Of a stretch of 64,000 nt of DNA, positions 39,502-49,992 are shown one piece after another. Each line of letters begins with the position of its first letter. Position 1 is the stretch's first letter. This DNA comes from Bdellovibrionales bacterium (GTDB lineage: Bacteria; Bdellovibrionota; Bdellovibrionia; Bdellovibrionales; UBA1609), in NCBI GenBank assembly GCA_965261545.1, contig CBDHDF010000007.1, forward strand, positions 1-64,000. Direction: 5' to 3'. The notes below the pieces were generated by a model that was given only the letters and a program-made list of their open reading frames with translations, had not been told where the DNA came from and did not search any database. The translations under genes and the position numbers were made by a program.

Positions 39502-42135
39502 ATGGCTATTGCTTTTCGTATGGTTGTTTTGTGCATAGTAACTTTGACCATGGCGATTTTGCACACAGCCGCTTTGTGCAATGAAGAAATTTCTGTCACC
39601 AATGAAGAAACCTCTGTCGCCAATGAAGAAATCTCTGTTGCCAGTGAAAGAGTCGAAACCATTGAGGTTGTGGGTCAGAAACTCAAACAAATCCATGTTG
39701 AAGATAGCACGCCCATAAGTGTTATCCATCGAGAAAAAATTGAGGCTTCGGGCGCAAGTTCCTTGGGAGATCTACTCAGGGATACCATTGAACTTGATGG
39801 TGTGGCATCTGAAAATGTCTATGAACCCAATAGTGGAAGAAGTGTTTTAATGGGCTTGCACTCAGCTCCGGTGCTGGCCTTACTTAATGGGAATCTCTTC
39901 ATAACAGGCCCCGGAAGCCTTTTGTCCCCCCCAGGGGCAGATATCAGTATGATACCACTAAGCGCCATTGAGAGAATTGAAATTTTAAAAGATAGTGTTG
40001 CCGCCATATATGGTGGGGGTGCCATAGGGGGTGTTGTTAATATCATCACACGCAAGGAGGGTGATAAGGGTGAAGTCCTATTTAATTACTCCCAGCCCAA
40101 TGACAAAGGGGGGGCAGAGACTCAGTTCAGTGCCTCTAAAAACTTCTCAGGTCACAGATATGCCATCAACACCTCATTGGGCTACAGCCAAGCCCAATCT
40201 CTCATCGCTGGAGATAGGGATTACATTGCTCCTATTATATCTAATTTTGCAGGTTACCCCACAAGATTTGACTACGATGCGCGAGAAACTCCCATACCCA
40301 TGGCACACAGGGACTGTGAAAAGGGTGGCATAAGTTCTATCAACTCCAATACGGGGTATTGTGAAATGAATATCGCCCCTTTGATGAATATTATTCCAGA
40401 AATAAAGCAATACAGTGGCCTCATCAATATGAACTATAAATGGACTCCCCAGTGGAATTTGGTTTCCACAGCACTGTTTTCTCAGAAGAAAGTTCACTCT
40501 CTTTTGCCTCCCTCGCCAGGAGTTATCTATGCCAGTGATATTCCCGATTTCTTTTTTCGCTTTTTTGAGTCTGGGCATCGAAGCTCTGCACAAGACACCA
40601 CTTTTTACGATATCAACATCAGTTTAAATAACGATGCCGATTCTGGTTGGAACTGGCGCCATCACATGGGCTTTTCGTCATCTCAATTTATATTGGATGG
40701 AAAAAACTTCTTACATGCTCAAGAGGTTAGTAATCTTTATGATTGTCGCCTCGGACCTGATTTTGCTCTTGAAGAGGGGGATTGTGATAGTGGCAATTAC
40801 TTCGATCCCTTTGCAAATAAGGGAGAGCGAGGGGACCTTTCAAGTGCTTTGAGGGAGCCTCATTACGAAGAGCAATCCGCTTTGTTTTCAGTTCAAAGTC
40901 ATGTAGAGGGTGAAACCAGCTTAGGTCTCCAACCCATTGAGCTAAGCGGCGGACTACAGCTTATGAGGGATCTATATAGTTTAGATGCTCCGGAGGACTC
41001 CTATCTCTTAACTCCACAGTTTGATGACGTCACCAAGAAACGCCAAGTCACATCGGCTCTCTTTGGAGTTGGTTCTTTATTTTTTGATTCTAAGCTCAAG
41101 GTTGACCTTAATTTGAGGTGGGATTCCTACAATGACTTTGGGTCAAGCTTTTCTTCACGACTTGCTGCTTTTAACCATGTTTCTACCAATCTTCTTGTGC
41201 GAGGTTCCCTGGGGCGCTCCTTTCAGGCCCCCTCCCTACTATACCGCTACGGTCCCACATCCAATTTATTTGCAAACATTGTAGACAAGGTGGCCTGCGA
41301 AGAAGCCAAAGAGCAAGAAAGAAATGGCGATGAACGCGCCTCCTACAATATTGGCCATTATTGTACTTCTCAGACCATTCCTACAAATGTTGTAAGTAAT
41401 AAAGAGTTAAAAGTGGAATCAGCGGATACGATGAACCTTGGTGTCCTTTTGAATCCCCATAGAAATTTTCATGTGGGACTGGATTGGTGGTATTTGGAAA
41501 GAAACAACTACATAGGTCCCATTCTCTCTGATGGAACTAAGCTAGAACATAGTCAGGGAAAAGAGGCCGAGTTTCCAGAATCCGTGTTTTTTGAGCGTCG
41601 CTTTAATGGTATTTCTGGAGTGAATAATATTATTCAAATTGACACAACAGTGACCAACCTTATTCAAAATAAGGTTTCAGGTTTAGACCTTTCTACATTT
41701 TATCGCCTGCCTTTTGTTAGGGGTCTTAGGGGTGAAATCAGCATACTCAATCAACTCACTTATACTCTCTTTAATAAGATGCAGCCTTTTGCACAGCTGG
41801 GTATTGAAGATCGAGTTGGGTTTTATGGCTACCCCCCATGGAAGAACAACTTGCGTCTATCTTGGGCTATGAATCCATGGGGGGTTAGTTTATTTCTTCG
41901 CTCCTATGCAGGTCAAAAACAAGAAAATAAAGAAGCTCGTTCCCTTCCTTCGCACTCGGAGCTAGACCTTACGATGAGTCTTCAAGTTTTGAAGACATCT
42001 TTTATTCACTTTGGTGGTAAGAATATTCTCGCCACAAGACCTCCTACCCAAGACTCTCAAGTTCATCGATTTAATGGCAGCCTGTATAGTTTAAGAGGGC
42101 CACGCCTTTTTTTAAGTTACAAATATCTTTGGTAG
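39502..42135 (+). CDS. TonB-dependent receptor
   Basis: TonB-box-like ETIEVVG, plug IPLSAIERIEILKD..AAIYG.GAIGGVVNIIT, YNDFGS, C-terminal aromatic strand. Confidence 0.88.
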   Translation: MAIAFRMVVLCIVTLTMAILHTAALCNEEISVTNEETSVANEEISVASERVETIEVVGQKLKQIHVEDSTPISVIHREKIEASGASSLGDLLRDTIELDGVASENVYEPNSGRSVLMGLHSAPVLALLNGNLFITGPGSLLSPPGADISMIPLSAIERIEILKDSVAAIYGGGAIGGVVNIITRKEGDKGEVLFNYSQPNDKGGAETQFSASKNFSGHRYAINTSLGYSQAQSLIAGDRDYIAPIISNFAGYPTRFDYDARETPIPMAHRDCEKGGISSINSNTGYCEMNIAPLMNIIPEIKQYSGLINMNYKWTPQWNLVSTALFSQKKVHSLLPPSPGVIYASDIPDFFFRFFESGHRSSAQDTTFYDINISLNNDADSGWNWRHHMGFSSSQFILDGKNFLHAQEVSNLYDCRLGPDFALEEGDCDSGNYFDPFANKGERGDLSSALREPHYEEQSALFSVQSHVEGETSLGLQPIELSGGLQLMRDLYSLDAPEDSYLLTPQFDDVTKKRQVTSALFGVGSLFFDSKLKVDLNLRWDSYNDFGSSFSSRLAAFNHVSTNLLVRGSLGRSFQAPSLLYRYGPTSNLFANIVDKVACEEAKEQERNGDERASYNIGHYCTSQTIPTNVVSNKELKVESADTMNLGVLLNPHRNFHVGLDWWYLERNNYIGPILSDGTKLEHSQGKEAEFPESVFFERRFNGISGVNNIIQIDTTVTNLIQNKVSGLDLSTFYRLPFVRGLRGEISILNQLTYTLFNKMQPFAQLGIEDRVGFYGYPPWKNNLRLSWAMNPWGVSLFLRSYAGQKQENKEARSLPSHSELDLTMSLQVLKTSFIHFGGKNILATRPPTQDSQVHRFNGSLYSLRGPRLFLSYKYLW

Positions 42136-42351
42136 CTAATTTGTCCATATTTCTCACAAATTTCTAATTCATCTGATTCAATTTTCAGTTTCAATTTTTG
42201 GCTTCATTCTCAGCTAAATCTTCAACTCAATTTTCAACTCAATCTTCAGTGGACTCTTTCTATCGTCCTGCCATGGAATGGAAGTCCTGCCAATAATTTT
42301 ACATGAAATTACATAAAAAATATCTCTAACCCACTTCATTTCCAATTCAGG

Positions 42352-42368
42352 TTGGCACTTAATATGCT
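42352..42368 (+). promoter_or_regulatory. Sigma54 (-24/-12) promoter upstream of the TPR-fliF-fliG operon
   Basis: TTGGCACTTAATATGCT with GG at 42354-55 and GC at 42366-67, the canonical 10-nt spacing. Confidence 0.7.
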
Positions 42369-42454
42369 TCTCTATGGAGTTGGACAAGAGTGCCTGACTT
42401 TTATGGCCAGAGCGCTATTTATGGTCAACTTATGGTCAGCACCTTTGTGGTCGC

Positions 42455-44623
42455 ATGTTATTGGTGCTATTTCTTTGTAGGGAGGTTGCCATTTATTTCT
42501 TGATCTGCATCCGTGGCGTCTTGAACCACAGCTCCATGGCTATTTTCTGGACCCTTTGGATAAGCATGGCAAGCATTGTATGGATTCATGGAGCTCATGC
42601 AATCCATGATACCGATTCCTTAGAGGCTGAACCTTTGGGCAAAACAAACCTGGAAGAAGCAGACCATAGACTGGTAAGTCTTCCTTTTCCAAGAATGAAT
42701 GTTGATAAATCTGGAATCCTGAATCATAAATTTGTAGCCTCCCAGCATGGCCTTGAGGTCATACAAAATCTCACAAGAATCTTGGATAGAGACCAAGGCC
42801 CTAAAGAATATGGTAAAGCCTTGTTGTTTCTGGCTGAGGGATACCTCCGTTTGGAAAGACCCAATGAAGCCATGGCTGTTTATAAAGGTTTGGCTTCTTG
42901 CATATCTTACAAGAAATCTATGTCCATCACTCCGTACGATTTAAGTCATCAGTACGACTCTTTGCCATGGAGGCTTGATCTGTTTGCTTACAAAATTTAT
43001 GATAAATGTCAGAAAAGCGGTGGAATCAAAGACTCAAGGATCTTCCAAGAAATGAACCACAGTTGGGGTGATGTTTATTTTCAAAGAAAGCAATTCAGAA
43101 AATCTGTTGATGCTTATCAAAAAGCCCTTCATGAATATCCTGAATTCAAATTCCCTCATGTTTACTACAACTTGGCTGAATCATTGTTTTGGCTAGGCCA
43201 ATGGAATCAAAGCTTAAAGAGTTACCACAGATTTATAAAAACATTCCCATCCCACCCCTATGAGTCCTATGCTTTAGCAAGAATAGGAGAGTTGCTAGAT
43301 ATTTTAGGTGCTAATAAGGAAAAAATCATGGGTACTTTTTCCGAAAATCACTTTCGGTTTCAAGGTCACCCAGGGGCTCAATTGAGTCGAGTGAGATGGC
43401 TTAGTGAAAAAATGAAAGAAATGAAATCACAAAATATTCATAAAGCCCTTGTTGAAATGAGAGAGGTGGCTAAGAAATCATCTCTAATACATATGCGAGA
43501 GTTTGTAGTTTTGAAAGCTGCTGAGAGCTTTCAGCATCGCAATGAACATGACAGATCCTTAAGTTATTTAATCACATTATTGAAGCGGAGTGGTGATAGT
43601 GATAGCATAAATTTTAGAGAGTTTGCAAGAAAGAGAATTGTCGAAAACATTCGTTTTCAGATGAGAGAATTTTTAATTAAGAGTAACTATATGGGTGTTT
43701 TGGAGAAATATAAAGAATATGAAGATGTATGGGATCGATATTTAAATTTAAAGACCAGTCCACAAACCTTAGATATTCATTATTTTTTAGCTTATTCATT
43801 TGAAATGTCTGGCTTTGATGAAGAATCTCTGCGCAGATATAAGGCAATATTATCTCGACTTAATTATTTAAATGAATCAGGTTATTTAAGAAATGTAGAA
43901 AGTATATCTTATTTAAGAGAGAGTCTTCGTTTGAGAGTAGCTGTTTCTTATGTAAAGACAAAACGGCAGGATGAGGCTTTCCTCCTTTTTAAGAAAATAG
44001 GAATAGTTCCAAACAAGAGATATAGGGTGAAAAATAAAATAGAAAGAGCTTTGTGGTTGGCAAAAATATACGAAAAAAGAAAACAATATTTACGGGCTCA
44101 AAATATCTTAGAAGAAGAGATGAAAGGATTACTAAATTTTATTCAACCTTCCCAAGGAGCTTTGTTTATTTCTGCCATGATTTCTTTATCTAAATTGTAT
44201 TTGAATATTGAAAATGAGAATAAAGCCAAAGCTATTTTAAGACAAGCTGAGATATGGATTCAGAAAAATCAGGATTTTAAAATTGGCGATTCTTTGAAAA
44301 AACGATTTTTTCTTACAAAGGCTGAGGTGCTAAAGGGAAGGGGAGAATATAAAGAAGCTCTAGATATCTACATGAAATTTCTTAAAGATCCAATTTCTGC
44401 TCCTTGGGCACGCTTTGTTTATTATAAAGTGGGAGATATTCTCTTAAATCAGGATCAGATACAAGATGTTCAGAAAATAGCTTCGACTTTTTCTGAGGAA
44501 GAAAGCCACTTTTATCATCGTTGGATAGAGGAACGCTTGGATTATAAGAGATGGATAAAAAAACATAAATCATCTATGAAAATGATACAAATGGTTGCTC
44601 GTTTGCATGAAGATTCAATGTGA
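42455..44623 (+). CDS. Secreted TPR-repeat protein, flagellar-operon associated
   Basis: Signal-like N-terminus; TPRs (YYNLAESLFWLG, FPSHPY..YALARIGELLDILG); first gene after the sigma54 site. Confidence 0.75.
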   Translation: MLLVLFLCREVAIYFLICIRGVLNHSSMAIFWTLWISMASIVWIHGAHAIHDTDSLEAEPLGKTNLEEADHRLVSLPFPRMNVDKSGILNHKFVASQHGLEVIQNLTRILDRDQGPKEYGKALLFLAEGYLRLERPNEAMAVYKGLASCISYKKSMSITPYDLSHQYDSLPWRLDLFAYKIYDKCQKSGGIKDSRIFQEMNHSWGDVYFQRKQFRKSVDAYQKALHEYPEFKFPHVYYNLAESLFWLGQWNQSLKSYHRFIKTFPSHPYESYALARIGELLDILGANKEKIMGTFSENHFRFQGHPGAQLSRVRWLSEKMKEMKSQNIHKALVEMREVAKKSSLIHMREFVVLKAAESFQHRNEHDRSLSYLITLLKRSGDSDSINFREFARKRIVENIRFQMREFLIKSNYMGVLEKYKEYEDVWDRYLNLKTSPQTLDIHYFLAYSFEMSGFDEESLRRYKAILSRLNYLNESGYLRNVESISYLRESLRLRVAVSYVKTKRQDEAFLLFKKIGIVPNKRYRVKNKIERALWLAKIYEKRKQYLRAQNILEEEMKGLLNFIQPSQGALFISAMISLSKLYLNIENENKAKAILRQAEIWIQKNQDFKIGDSLKKRFFLTKAEVLKGRGEYKEALDIYMKFLKDPISAPWARFVYYKVGDILLNQDQIQDVQKIASTFSEEESHFYHRWIEERLDYKRWIKKHKSSMKMIQMVARLHEDSM

Positions 44624-44727
44624 ATTATAGATTATGGATAGTGAATTATGAATAGTGAAATGTAAATGATGAGGCATGAAGTATGAAACTATGAACCAAT
44701 GGTAGTGTTTTTAAAGGAGAGATTATA

Positions 44728-45921
44728 TTGATTTATATAATAAGAAGGATTTTTCAAAATCAATTTCCTTGGATTTCAATTCCTTGGATTTCAAAAAGTT
44801 ATCCATGGATAGGACTTTGTTTACTTATATTTTTAGGATTTTCTTATTTCAATCAAAATGATCAGGATGATAAGTCTCATTTGAACCATGCGAACCATGT
44901 GAATGGTGCAAATCATGGAAGAAGTAAGTCGAGTGATGGTAGCCAGAAGCTATTAAATTCTTTGAATGAAGCCACGATTTCTAAGTCTAAGGGGTTAGAG
45001 GATTCTTCTCAGAATTTTCTTTTCAAGGCTTCAAACTCTCAGAATGGGTTTTCTTCTCTAGATACTTATCGACAATCTTTGGCTTCCGAAGCGCTTCTTA
45101 AGGTGAAAAAGAAGTGGGAAGAAGAATTTGAAGAAGGATTAGAATCACTCATCTCAAAAGTTGTTGGACCCGATCAAGTTGTTGTGAGAGCTAATATCAC
45201 CTTCAATGCAAAATATAGAGATACCTTAGAAGAATTGGTGGATTCTGGCTTTGCTGAAACGACAACAAAGATTAGAGAAGCTGCGGGGGGGATCGAAAGA
45301 GTGAGTGTGGCTATTTTGGTTGATGGAGTGGAGAGTCCTTCTCAGAGTGGCTCTCCCCGGTGGGTTCCTCGGCCCCCCCATGAATTGGCGCAACTTGAGA
45401 GTCTCGTAAAAAATGCCATTGGTTTTACAGAGTCACGAGGAGACTCTGTAAAGATTGAAAGCTTACCATTTAATAAGGATAACGGGCCTCATAATCAGGG
45501 ATTGATAAGTTCTTGGGATCAGAGAAAATCCTCTTTATTTAAATGGTCCTTACTAGGTGCAAGCTTTCTTCTCTTTATCTTCTTTGCGATTCGCCCTCTT
45601 GTTTCTTGGATCGCCGATTCTTTCTACGATATCGAAGGACAAAAAGATACGATGAAAGGAGAATCTCCTAATTCCAAAGAATCTTCACAAGCAAGGGGCA
45701 AAGTTTCATCTCAAGCGATATCGGTGGCCACAGATTTAGGGGGACTTCAAGAGTCTTCATACGAAGGAGGCGCTCAATTCTTTTCTCTCAATAGAGAGGG
45801 TTCTTTAGATCCCAAAAAGGTAGAGAGTGAGAAGTTACGAGAGCAGATTGTAGATATTTTAGACAGGAATGAGGAAAAGGCCGTGGATGCTTTGAATATG
45901 TGGCTCATGGAGAAAGGGTAA
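44728..45921 (+). CDS. fliF: Truncated FliF-like MS-ring protein (TM1, low-complexity linker, RBM3, TM2, C-tail)
   Basis: LISKVVGPDQVVVRANI, GGIERVSVAILVDG, LVKNAIGFTESRGDSVKIESLPF, FAIRP after TM2, LNMWL terminus; RBM1/RBM2 not recognisable. Confidence 0.8.
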   Translation: MIYIIRRIFQNQFPWISIPWISKSYPWIGLCLLIFLGFSYFNQNDQDDKSHLNHANHVNGANHGRSKSSDGSQKLLNSLNEATISKSKGLEDSSQNFLFKASNSQNGFSSLDTYRQSLASEALLKVKKKWEEEFEEGLESLISKVVGPDQVVVRANITFNAKYRDTLEELVDSGFAETTTKIREAAGGIERVSVAILVDGVESPSQSGSPRWVPRPPHELAQLESLVKNAIGFTESRGDSVKIESLPFNKDNGPHNQGLISSWDQRKSSLFKWSLLGASFLLFIFFAIRPLVSWIADSFYDIEGQKDTMKGESPNSKESSQARGKVSSQAISVATDLGGLQESSYEGGAQFFSLNREGSLDPKKVESEKLREQIVDILDRNEEKAVDALNMWLMEKG

Positions 45922-45924
45922 CCT

Positions 45925-47055
45925 ATGACAGTATCTTTAAATGACACCATACCTTTAAACGAAAACAATAGTGGCAGTGATAATAATAGGAACATCAATG
46001 ATAGTAGGGACAGCGATAACAGTAGGAGCAGCAATAATAGTACAAATTATGTAAAAAATAATATCTCTTTTCATTCTTTGAAGGGCTTTGAAAAAGCTGC
46101 TATTTTGCTGAACTATTTAGGCCCTTCAGCCACCAAGAAGCTCTTTTGCCATCTGGGTGATATGAAAATTAAGAAGCTTCTTGGAGCCATGGTACGTTTG
46201 AAAGTGGTGCCAGTCACAGTGACACAAAAAATTTTAGAAGAATTTCATAGAATAATTAATGAATCTGATGTTTATATCTTTTCTAATAAGACGACATCTA
46301 GAGAGACCGTGGTGGAAGCTGTGGGTGAAGAAAGAGCCTGCGAAATACTTGCTCGCTTGGGTGCCCACTCAATTTCGGTAAAAAGTTTGGAGAGTTTAGA
46401 GCAAGTAGATACCTCCGTTCTCACTCATTTTCTTCTCAATGAGCATCCACAAACGATCTCTGTGATTCTTGCTCACTTAGAACCAGAAAGAAAAGGTGAG
46501 GTTCTTAAGGATTTTCCAGAGGGACTCCGAGTTGAGGTGGCTTTGCGGTTATCTCAGCTAGATCGTGTGCCTTCGGAGTTTGTTTTGGAATTGGATCGTA
46601 TTCTTAAACAAGAGTTCTCTTTAATGCCCTCCATGGAGTCTGTCACCTTGGGAGGCCCTCAAGTTGTTGCTGATATGTTAAATGCTGTGGATAAAGAAAC
46701 GGAAGATTCCATTATGATAAGGTTAGAAGAAAGAGACCCTCACTTGACCGAAGATATTCGTCGCCGAATGTTCATATTTGAGGATTTGATTCGGGTTGAT
46801 GATAAAGGTATTCAGTTTCTTTTAAGGGAGATTCCACATAATAAGTTATTATTAGCATTGGAAAAAGCCAGTGATGAAGTTAGAAAAAAGATTTTTAAAA
46901 ATCTTTCCCCCCGTGCCGCAGAAATGTTAAAAGAGGATTTAGATCATATGGGACCTTCCAGGTTATCAGATGTTGAGGAGGCGCAAATGGAGATCATTCA
47001 TATAGTACGAAAATTTGAAAAAGAAAAGAAAATGGTCGTTGTAAGAGATATTTAA
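45925..47055 (+). CDS. fliG: Flagellar motor switch protein FliG
   Basis: KAAILL (FliG-N), EHPQTISVILAHL (FliG-M), LGG, MFIFEDL, NLSPRAAEML.EDL..MGP.RLSDVEEAQ (FliG-C torque helix). Confidence 0.95.
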   Translation: MTVSLNDTIPLNENNSGSDNNRNINDSRDSDNSRSSNNSTNYVKNNISFHSLKGFEKAAILLNYLGPSATKKLFCHLGDMKIKKLLGAMVRLKVVPVTVTQKILEEFHRIINESDVYIFSNKTTSRETVVEAVGEERACEILARLGAHSISVKSLESLEQVDTSVLTHFLLNEHPQTISVILAHLEPERKGEVLKDFPEGLRVEVALRLSQLDRVPSEFVLELDRILKQEFSLMPSMESVTLGGPQVVADMLNAVDKETEDSIMIRLEERDPHLTEDIRRRMFIFEDLIRVDDKGIQFLLREIPHNKLLLALEKASDEVRKKIFKNLSPRAAEMLKEDLDHMGPSRLSDVEEAQMEIIHIVRKFEKEKKMVVVRDI

Positions 47056-47110
47056 TGACTAAAGAGTCATTTAAGTATTAATAAAATTAAAAGAGAAGGG
47101 GGGATGTGCC

Positions 47111-47821
47111 ATGGAGCCATCAAAGAAAAAGTATTCATTCTTGGGTTTGATAACTTGTATTATATTTTTCTCTGGGGCTCTCTTCTTACATCTATACCCC
47201 AACATGCTAAGTGGACGATTGTTTGAAAGATTTTCTTCCTCTCCCATAGAAATAAGAAATTCTAAAAGCCCGAAAAACTTTAAAGATTCTTTGGCAATGG
47301 GACAACAAGGCAAAAAAAGCCAAGGCGGCGCTGCTCACAATAACTACGGTGGTGTGGGTCAGAGTCGTCACGATGATGCAGATCAAAGTCGCAAGGGAAA
47401 TGACAGCCATCGCATCAAAAGAGACCGCCAGCGGCGAACTCACCGTCTCCACTGGCTAGAATCTCGCCAGAGGGAGCTAAAAAAGTGGGAAATGGAATTG
47501 ACTCAATGGGAAGCTCAATTGAGCGATCAAAGAAAGGAGCTTCAACAAAAAATGGATGAACTTAAGAGTTTGAGAAGCCAAGTGACAATTATGTTGAAAA
47601 AAAGAGTGAAAATAAGTGAGAAACAGATTGAAAAACTTGTGGATTTTTATTCGCAAATGGAGCCACATCATGCCGCCAAAATCATTCACAATATGAATGA
47701 GGATTTGGCTGTTGTCGTTTTAAGCCATATGAAAAAAATCAGTGTGGCCCAAATTATGAATCGCCTCCAACCAAAAAAGGTACAAAGATTATCAGAAAAA
47801 TTTGTAGGGTCCCCCATGTAA
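47111..47821 (+). CDS. MotE/FlbB-like (MgtE_N-type) membrane-anchored coiled-coil protein
   Basis: N-terminal TM, coiled coil, then KLVDFYSQMEPHHAAKII..MNEDLAV.VL..MK...AQIM..L.P. Confidence 0.8.
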   Translation: MEPSKKKYSFLGLITCIIFFSGALFLHLYPNMLSGRLFERFSSSPIEIRNSKSPKNFKDSLAMGQQGKKSQGGAAHNNYGGVGQSRHDDADQSRKGNDSHRIKRDRQRRTHRLHWLESRQRELKKWEMELTQWEAQLSDQRKELQQKMDELKSLRSQVTIMLKKRVKISEKQIEKLVDFYSQMEPHHAAKIIHNMNEDLAVVVLSHMKKISVAQIMNRLQPKKVQRLSEKFVGSPM

Positions 47822-47924
47822 CGAGTGATTTCTTATTGGGGTATCCCGTAACTGCTCAGACTTGGTCCCAGGGCGGTTTGCCTTTTTTTGGGTTCTCGTT
47901 GTGTCGGGAGAAAGAGTCTTGGGG

Positions 47925-49883
47925 TTACTTAGCTCCTGTAACAGGCATAAGATTCCTATCACACAGACCATCAAATTCTGGCAGCCTCTTGTCAGCTCTC
48001 AAATTTTCTGACAAGCACTTCAGCCCAATGGCTTCGCCATCACTTGTGGCAGTTTCATCCCAGCCCTTGGGTATATCTAAACCTCTTTGGTCGGTTAAAA
48101 AATCTCTCACCTTATTTTTCATGCTTTGATTAAACCATTGGGTAGGAACCCTCTTCCCACGGCTTGACATTGCTATGTCTTCACCATTTGCCTTTTGTTT
48201 TTTGTAACAGATAGGAAGTTGGCCTTGAGGCAGGCATGTGTAGCTATTATTTAAGTGAATGAAATATTTTTCATAAATATGTGGGTGACCATAAAAGTAA
48301 TCATTGGCCGGCACATAGCTTACAGTATTGTCTGCGTTTATATTTTTAATGGAAAAACTCCAGGATCCATCACTGTATTGACGCTCTCTGAGAATCCGCG
48401 CTCTTATGAGAAGGCCAAAATCTCCAGGGACTTCGTATTTGGGATCTTGGGTGTTCATAGAAATGTAACTAGAGGAAATATATTGAGTGTAAGGATATTT
48501 ATCAACCCAGCAGGCCCCTAAACTTAGGGGGTGATAATAGTGCTGGTATTGAGTAAGTCGCTGAACCTGTTCATCCTGATCCATGGCGGTTATTTCTTTT
48601 TCTCCCACACGGGTGACTCGGAAGAGTTTGTTCAGGTAGGTGCCTTGATCTTTGTCCTCTTCTCTTTCATAAAGGCCAAAGATCATTGGAATTCTTTGAA
48701 TCAATCGCTGAAAGATTTTCTTGCGCTTTTCATGGTTGGAGACTCTTTTCTTAGTCACTTTTTTTTTGCCCTCTCGTGTGAGTGTTTTTAAATTTGCCCT
48801 CTCTTCAAAAACAGTAAGTTCTTTTTTAGAGTGACTATGAGAGTGTCTACTATAGTGGCTAAGAGATTTTATGCGAAGCTTTTTATTTTTATTATTGTAA
48901 AGAAAGCAGCTTGTTATATGAGTTTTATTCATGTGACGTGGTCGCCAAATATGGTATTGGCTCGGGGCTGTGGCTACACCCACATAGTCTCCCTGAAAGC
49001 GACAATGAAAATAAGGCTTATTGCAATTCCATGCTCTGTTGCGAATGGAGAGGGTTATAATATCCCATTCGCAGGTACTTTGGTGGGGATGTCTGAAGGA
49101 GAGTGATCCAAAGGGATGAGACTCATACAAGACAGTACGCGCCACCATATCGACTCCCATGGCAAGCTTTGCTGTGGGGCGATTGATAGGGGCGACATTA
49201 TCTATGAATTTTTCCCACTGTTTGATTAGATTTTCTCTTTGATCGGATGGCCCAGAGTCTTTTTCTAAGCAAAGGCTATTATGAAAAACTTCGATAGTTT
49301 TTGGAATATCCATCTTTGCAAGTTTAGGTAAGGCCCAAGAGGGAATTCTGTTGGTTGGAGTCTCTTGGAATGAGCGGTCTTTGAAAATAGATATGGGTGG
49401 ATTGGCTGTTAAGTGAGTTGCGTGGACAAGGCCCTGTATGGGATTGGCATAGGTTGGTGAGATTGACAAAATAGGTGAGGTTGATGGGGTGAGTGAAGTT
49501 GGTGAGGCTGGTGAAATACTTTGCACATGAACGAATTTGGAACCATGGGGTTTTTGCCCCAAGCCCCCTTGATAAAATGCTCCTTGTTCGTTGATTAAGT
49601 GAGTCCATACCTTTGTTCCAGCTCTGAGGCTTAACCCTATGGGGGCTCCGTCGATATTGAGGAGGGGAATATTTCTAGAGCCTCGAATGTATAATAGTGT
49701 CGGTTGGTACAAATCCTCGGGGTGGCCTGAATCGCTGGGTTTTGGAATAATAACTGTTACAGCGCTTTGAACAGATTCAGAATAAAAAAATAAGTGGGCA
49801 AGGAAGAAAAGAGCCGTCATGTCGAGCCACAATTTTGTCACTTTCCATCTTGTATTCCTTGTATTTTGCTTTGTTGGTAACAA
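47925..49883 (-). CDS. Secreted hypothetical protein with SleB/Hydrolase_2-like cell-wall hydrolase motifs
   Basis: Signal-like N-terminus; MVARTVLYES...ITLSIRNR...VATAPSQYHIW...HYYHP resembles the LARTIxxE/VxxNR/PxQFSxW pattern. Confidence 0.5.
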   Translation of the reverse strand: MLPTKQNTRNTRWKVTKLWLDMTALFFLAHLFFYSESVQSAVTVIIPKPSDSGHPEDLYQPTLLYIRGSRNIPLLNIDGAPIGLSLRAGTKVWTHLINEQGAFYQGGLGQKPHGSKFVHVQSISPASPTSLTPSTSPILSISPTYANPIQGLVHATHLTANPPISIFKDRSFQETPTNRIPSWALPKLAKMDIPKTIEVFHNSLCLEKDSGPSDQRENLIKQWEKFIDNVAPINRPTAKLAMGVDMVARTVLYESHPFGSLSFRHPHQSTCEWDIITLSIRNRAWNCNKPYFHCRFQGDYVGVATAPSQYHIWRPRHMNKTHITSCFLYNNKNKKLRIKSLSHYSRHSHSHSKKELTVFEERANLKTLTREGKKKVTKKRVSNHEKRKKIFQRLIQRIPMIFGLYEREEDKDQGTYLNKLFRVTRVGEKEITAMDQDEQVQRLTQYQHYYHPLSLGACWVDKYPYTQYISSSYISMNTQDPKYEVPGDFGLLIRARILRERQYSDGSWSFSIKNINADNTVSYVPANDYFYGHPHIYEKYFIHLNNSYTCLPQGQLPICYKKQKANGEDIAMSSRGKRVPTQWFNQSMKNKVRDFLTDQRGLDIPKGWDETATSDGEAIGLKCLSENLRADKRLPEFDGLCDRNLMPVTGAK

Positions 49884-49992
49884 CGTCCCCCCTTTTTACC
49901 TTGAGATCGGCGCAACTCCATAGCAAAGTACACGCCCCTATAAGCACCGCCCCATAGATATTTATAAATACATTATGAAATGTTGTGAGATA

